Shown in pieces: positions 62,477 to 64,000 of a stretch of 64,000 bases of DNA. The DNA is taken from positions 11,718,001 to 11,782,000 of the forward strand of contig NC_047025.1 in assembly GCF_902652985.1 (NCBI RefSeq). The letters are read 5' to 3'. The position numbers were made by a program, and so were the translations under genes. Origin of the DNA: Pecten maximus (Eukaryota). Every line of letters begins with the position of its first letter. Within the stretch, counting starts at the first letter, position 1. The notes beneath the pieces were generated by a model that did not search any database, was not told the origin of the DNA, and saw only the letters and a program-made list of their open reading frames with translations.

Positions 62477-63828
62477 ATGGTGCTGGTGTTTGATGCAGAT
62501 GAAAACAACTTGGCCATTTGTGCCATAGTTACTGTTGCTATGCAGTTCACTTTTTTTCTGGTGGCATGTACCTGTAAATTTGACAAAGTGACAGACTTTG
62601 CTGGGGGTACTAACTTTGTAGTTTTAGCCTTACTTACCTTTTTGCTAGCACAGGTAAGTGTGACGACTTTTTATTTTTAATTTACTAGAATTTGAAATGA
62701 AACACTGTTTATCAAGCAAAAAGTCTGTATCTATTGTTCCGCAATAAGCCCACCTACTTAAATTCCTTGCATTGCCCCACCCCTCCAATCCTAGGAGTAT
62801 TCCAGGATAAATATGATTATGATTTTATCAAAAAAAAAATTATATTTAAATTTCTTTTTTTCTATTTAATTTTTTCATCAGATTTATTATAGCCGACAAT
62901 TACAATAGAATCACATTTCTGAATAATAAATGCGTCCCAATTAGATCAACTTTCAAATAAAAGAATGGAGAAAACAATTGGGAATAACTCTAGAAAATTA
63001 TTAATTAAAATTCTATTTAAAGTACATTAAGTATATTTCTACCACAATACCCTGTGTTATTCAACTCTCAGACCATCAGTTAATCATTACAGCTGTTGAT
63101 TAACAATCTGTTTATACCACACATTTCGATTGGCTAACACGGTGAACTTTGACCCAAGCTGCAATTGTTATTGACGTCATCAATAATCTAATGACGTCAC
63201 ATCACCGGGTCCCGGACGTCACCGGTACACTTTATTTGCATACGCAAAATTATACTTGGCCACGTTTCCTTTTGATTCAAGCCGATATTATTGTGGTAGA
63301 AACAGGTCACATGACTCGAAATTGTTGGATATGGAATTTATTTCACACTCGTAAGTTATTTTTTAAAAGTTGCAAAAAACACTTGCTAAAGCTTGTGTCT
63401 TTTGTAACTTTTAAAAAATAACTTACTCGTGTGAAATAAATTCCATATCCAACAACCACTCGTTGTGTAACCTCTATTTATACAATGATAATAAAAACAA
63501 ACAAGCAAAGTTTTAAAGAACTATCTGAAAGGTCATTCAAAACTGAGAAGAGCAACATGTAAGTTTTATGTCAAATTTTAATGGAAATACATGTATATTA
63601 ATTTTAATGGAAATACATATGCATGTGTATTGAATGAGTTAGAAGTTCAAGTGTTTTTTTTTTCAGACCTACAATTGGAGACAGGTATGTGTGACCGTAT
63701 TTGTGTGTATCTGGGGTATAAGGCTGTCCGGGTACCTTCTATACAGAATCATCAAAATAGGAGAGGATAAAAGATTTGATGACAAGCGAGAAAATTGTGC
63801 TGCATTTGCTGGGTTCTGGACATTTCAG
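62477..63828 (+). CDS. DUF1295 / steroid 5-alpha-reductase-like membrane protein, first two coding exons (62477-62653, 63667-63828); continues beyond the window
   Basis: Phase-0 GT-AG intron. The product [65 protein letters not shown] carries the DKxTD, WGxRL..YLxxR and GEDxRF motifs of DUF1295. An acceptor at 62449 implies an upstream UTR exon. Confidence 0.88.
63282..63478. repeat. Hairpin-forming interspersed repeat (intronic), related decayed copy at ~52705-52890
   Basis: ttgttggatatggaatttatttcacactcgtaagttatttttaaaagtt is mirrored at ~63407-63455; shares ttgtggtagaaacaggtcaca with 52705. Confidence 0.65.
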
Positions 63829-64000
63829 GTATCTGGTACATCTATATGGCAAATTTCATTTGGATTTATAAAATGAAATAAAAAGAATAAGAAAAGAGAA
63901 ATAATAAAACAAAAATTATTGTCACATAAAGTATTTATTTAAAAGTAGACTGCTTTTTCTTACTCCACAATCTAGATAAATAAACATTTAAAAAAAAAAT

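Overview
Eukaryotic, AT-rich, intron-containing genomic DNA, most consistent with a bivalve mollusc. This is inferred from the gene and repeat families present. The window holds a Toll-like receptor (TLR) cluster of five single-coding-exon copies in two divergent blocks. Minus strand: copy A runs off the left edge and copy B has one frameshift. Plus strand: copy C is a decayed fragment, copy D is intact and copy E is a pseudogene. There is also a CDS-less sixth duplication unit. Two genes lie between the TLR blocks: a 2-coding-exon secreted coiled-coil C1q-domain gene (+), and a 7-exon secreted alpha-carbonic anhydrase of nacrein-like type (-) that the ORF track does not reveal as one gene. 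The 9.6 kb intron 4 of the carbonic anhydrase contains a structurally complete 6.6 kb DIRS1-type tyrosine-recombinase retrotransposon (ITRs, ICR, gag, RT/RNase H/methyltransferase, YR). The same intron holds a decayed Tc1 transposase, which in turn carries a 159 bp TG..CA solo-LTR-like element with a tRNA-like core. The right end has the first coding exons of a DUF1295 (steroid 5-alpha-reductase-like) gene. LINE remnants, SINEs, MITEs and several long perfect palindromes fill the rest. All calls are by eye from the sequence; no database searches were run.
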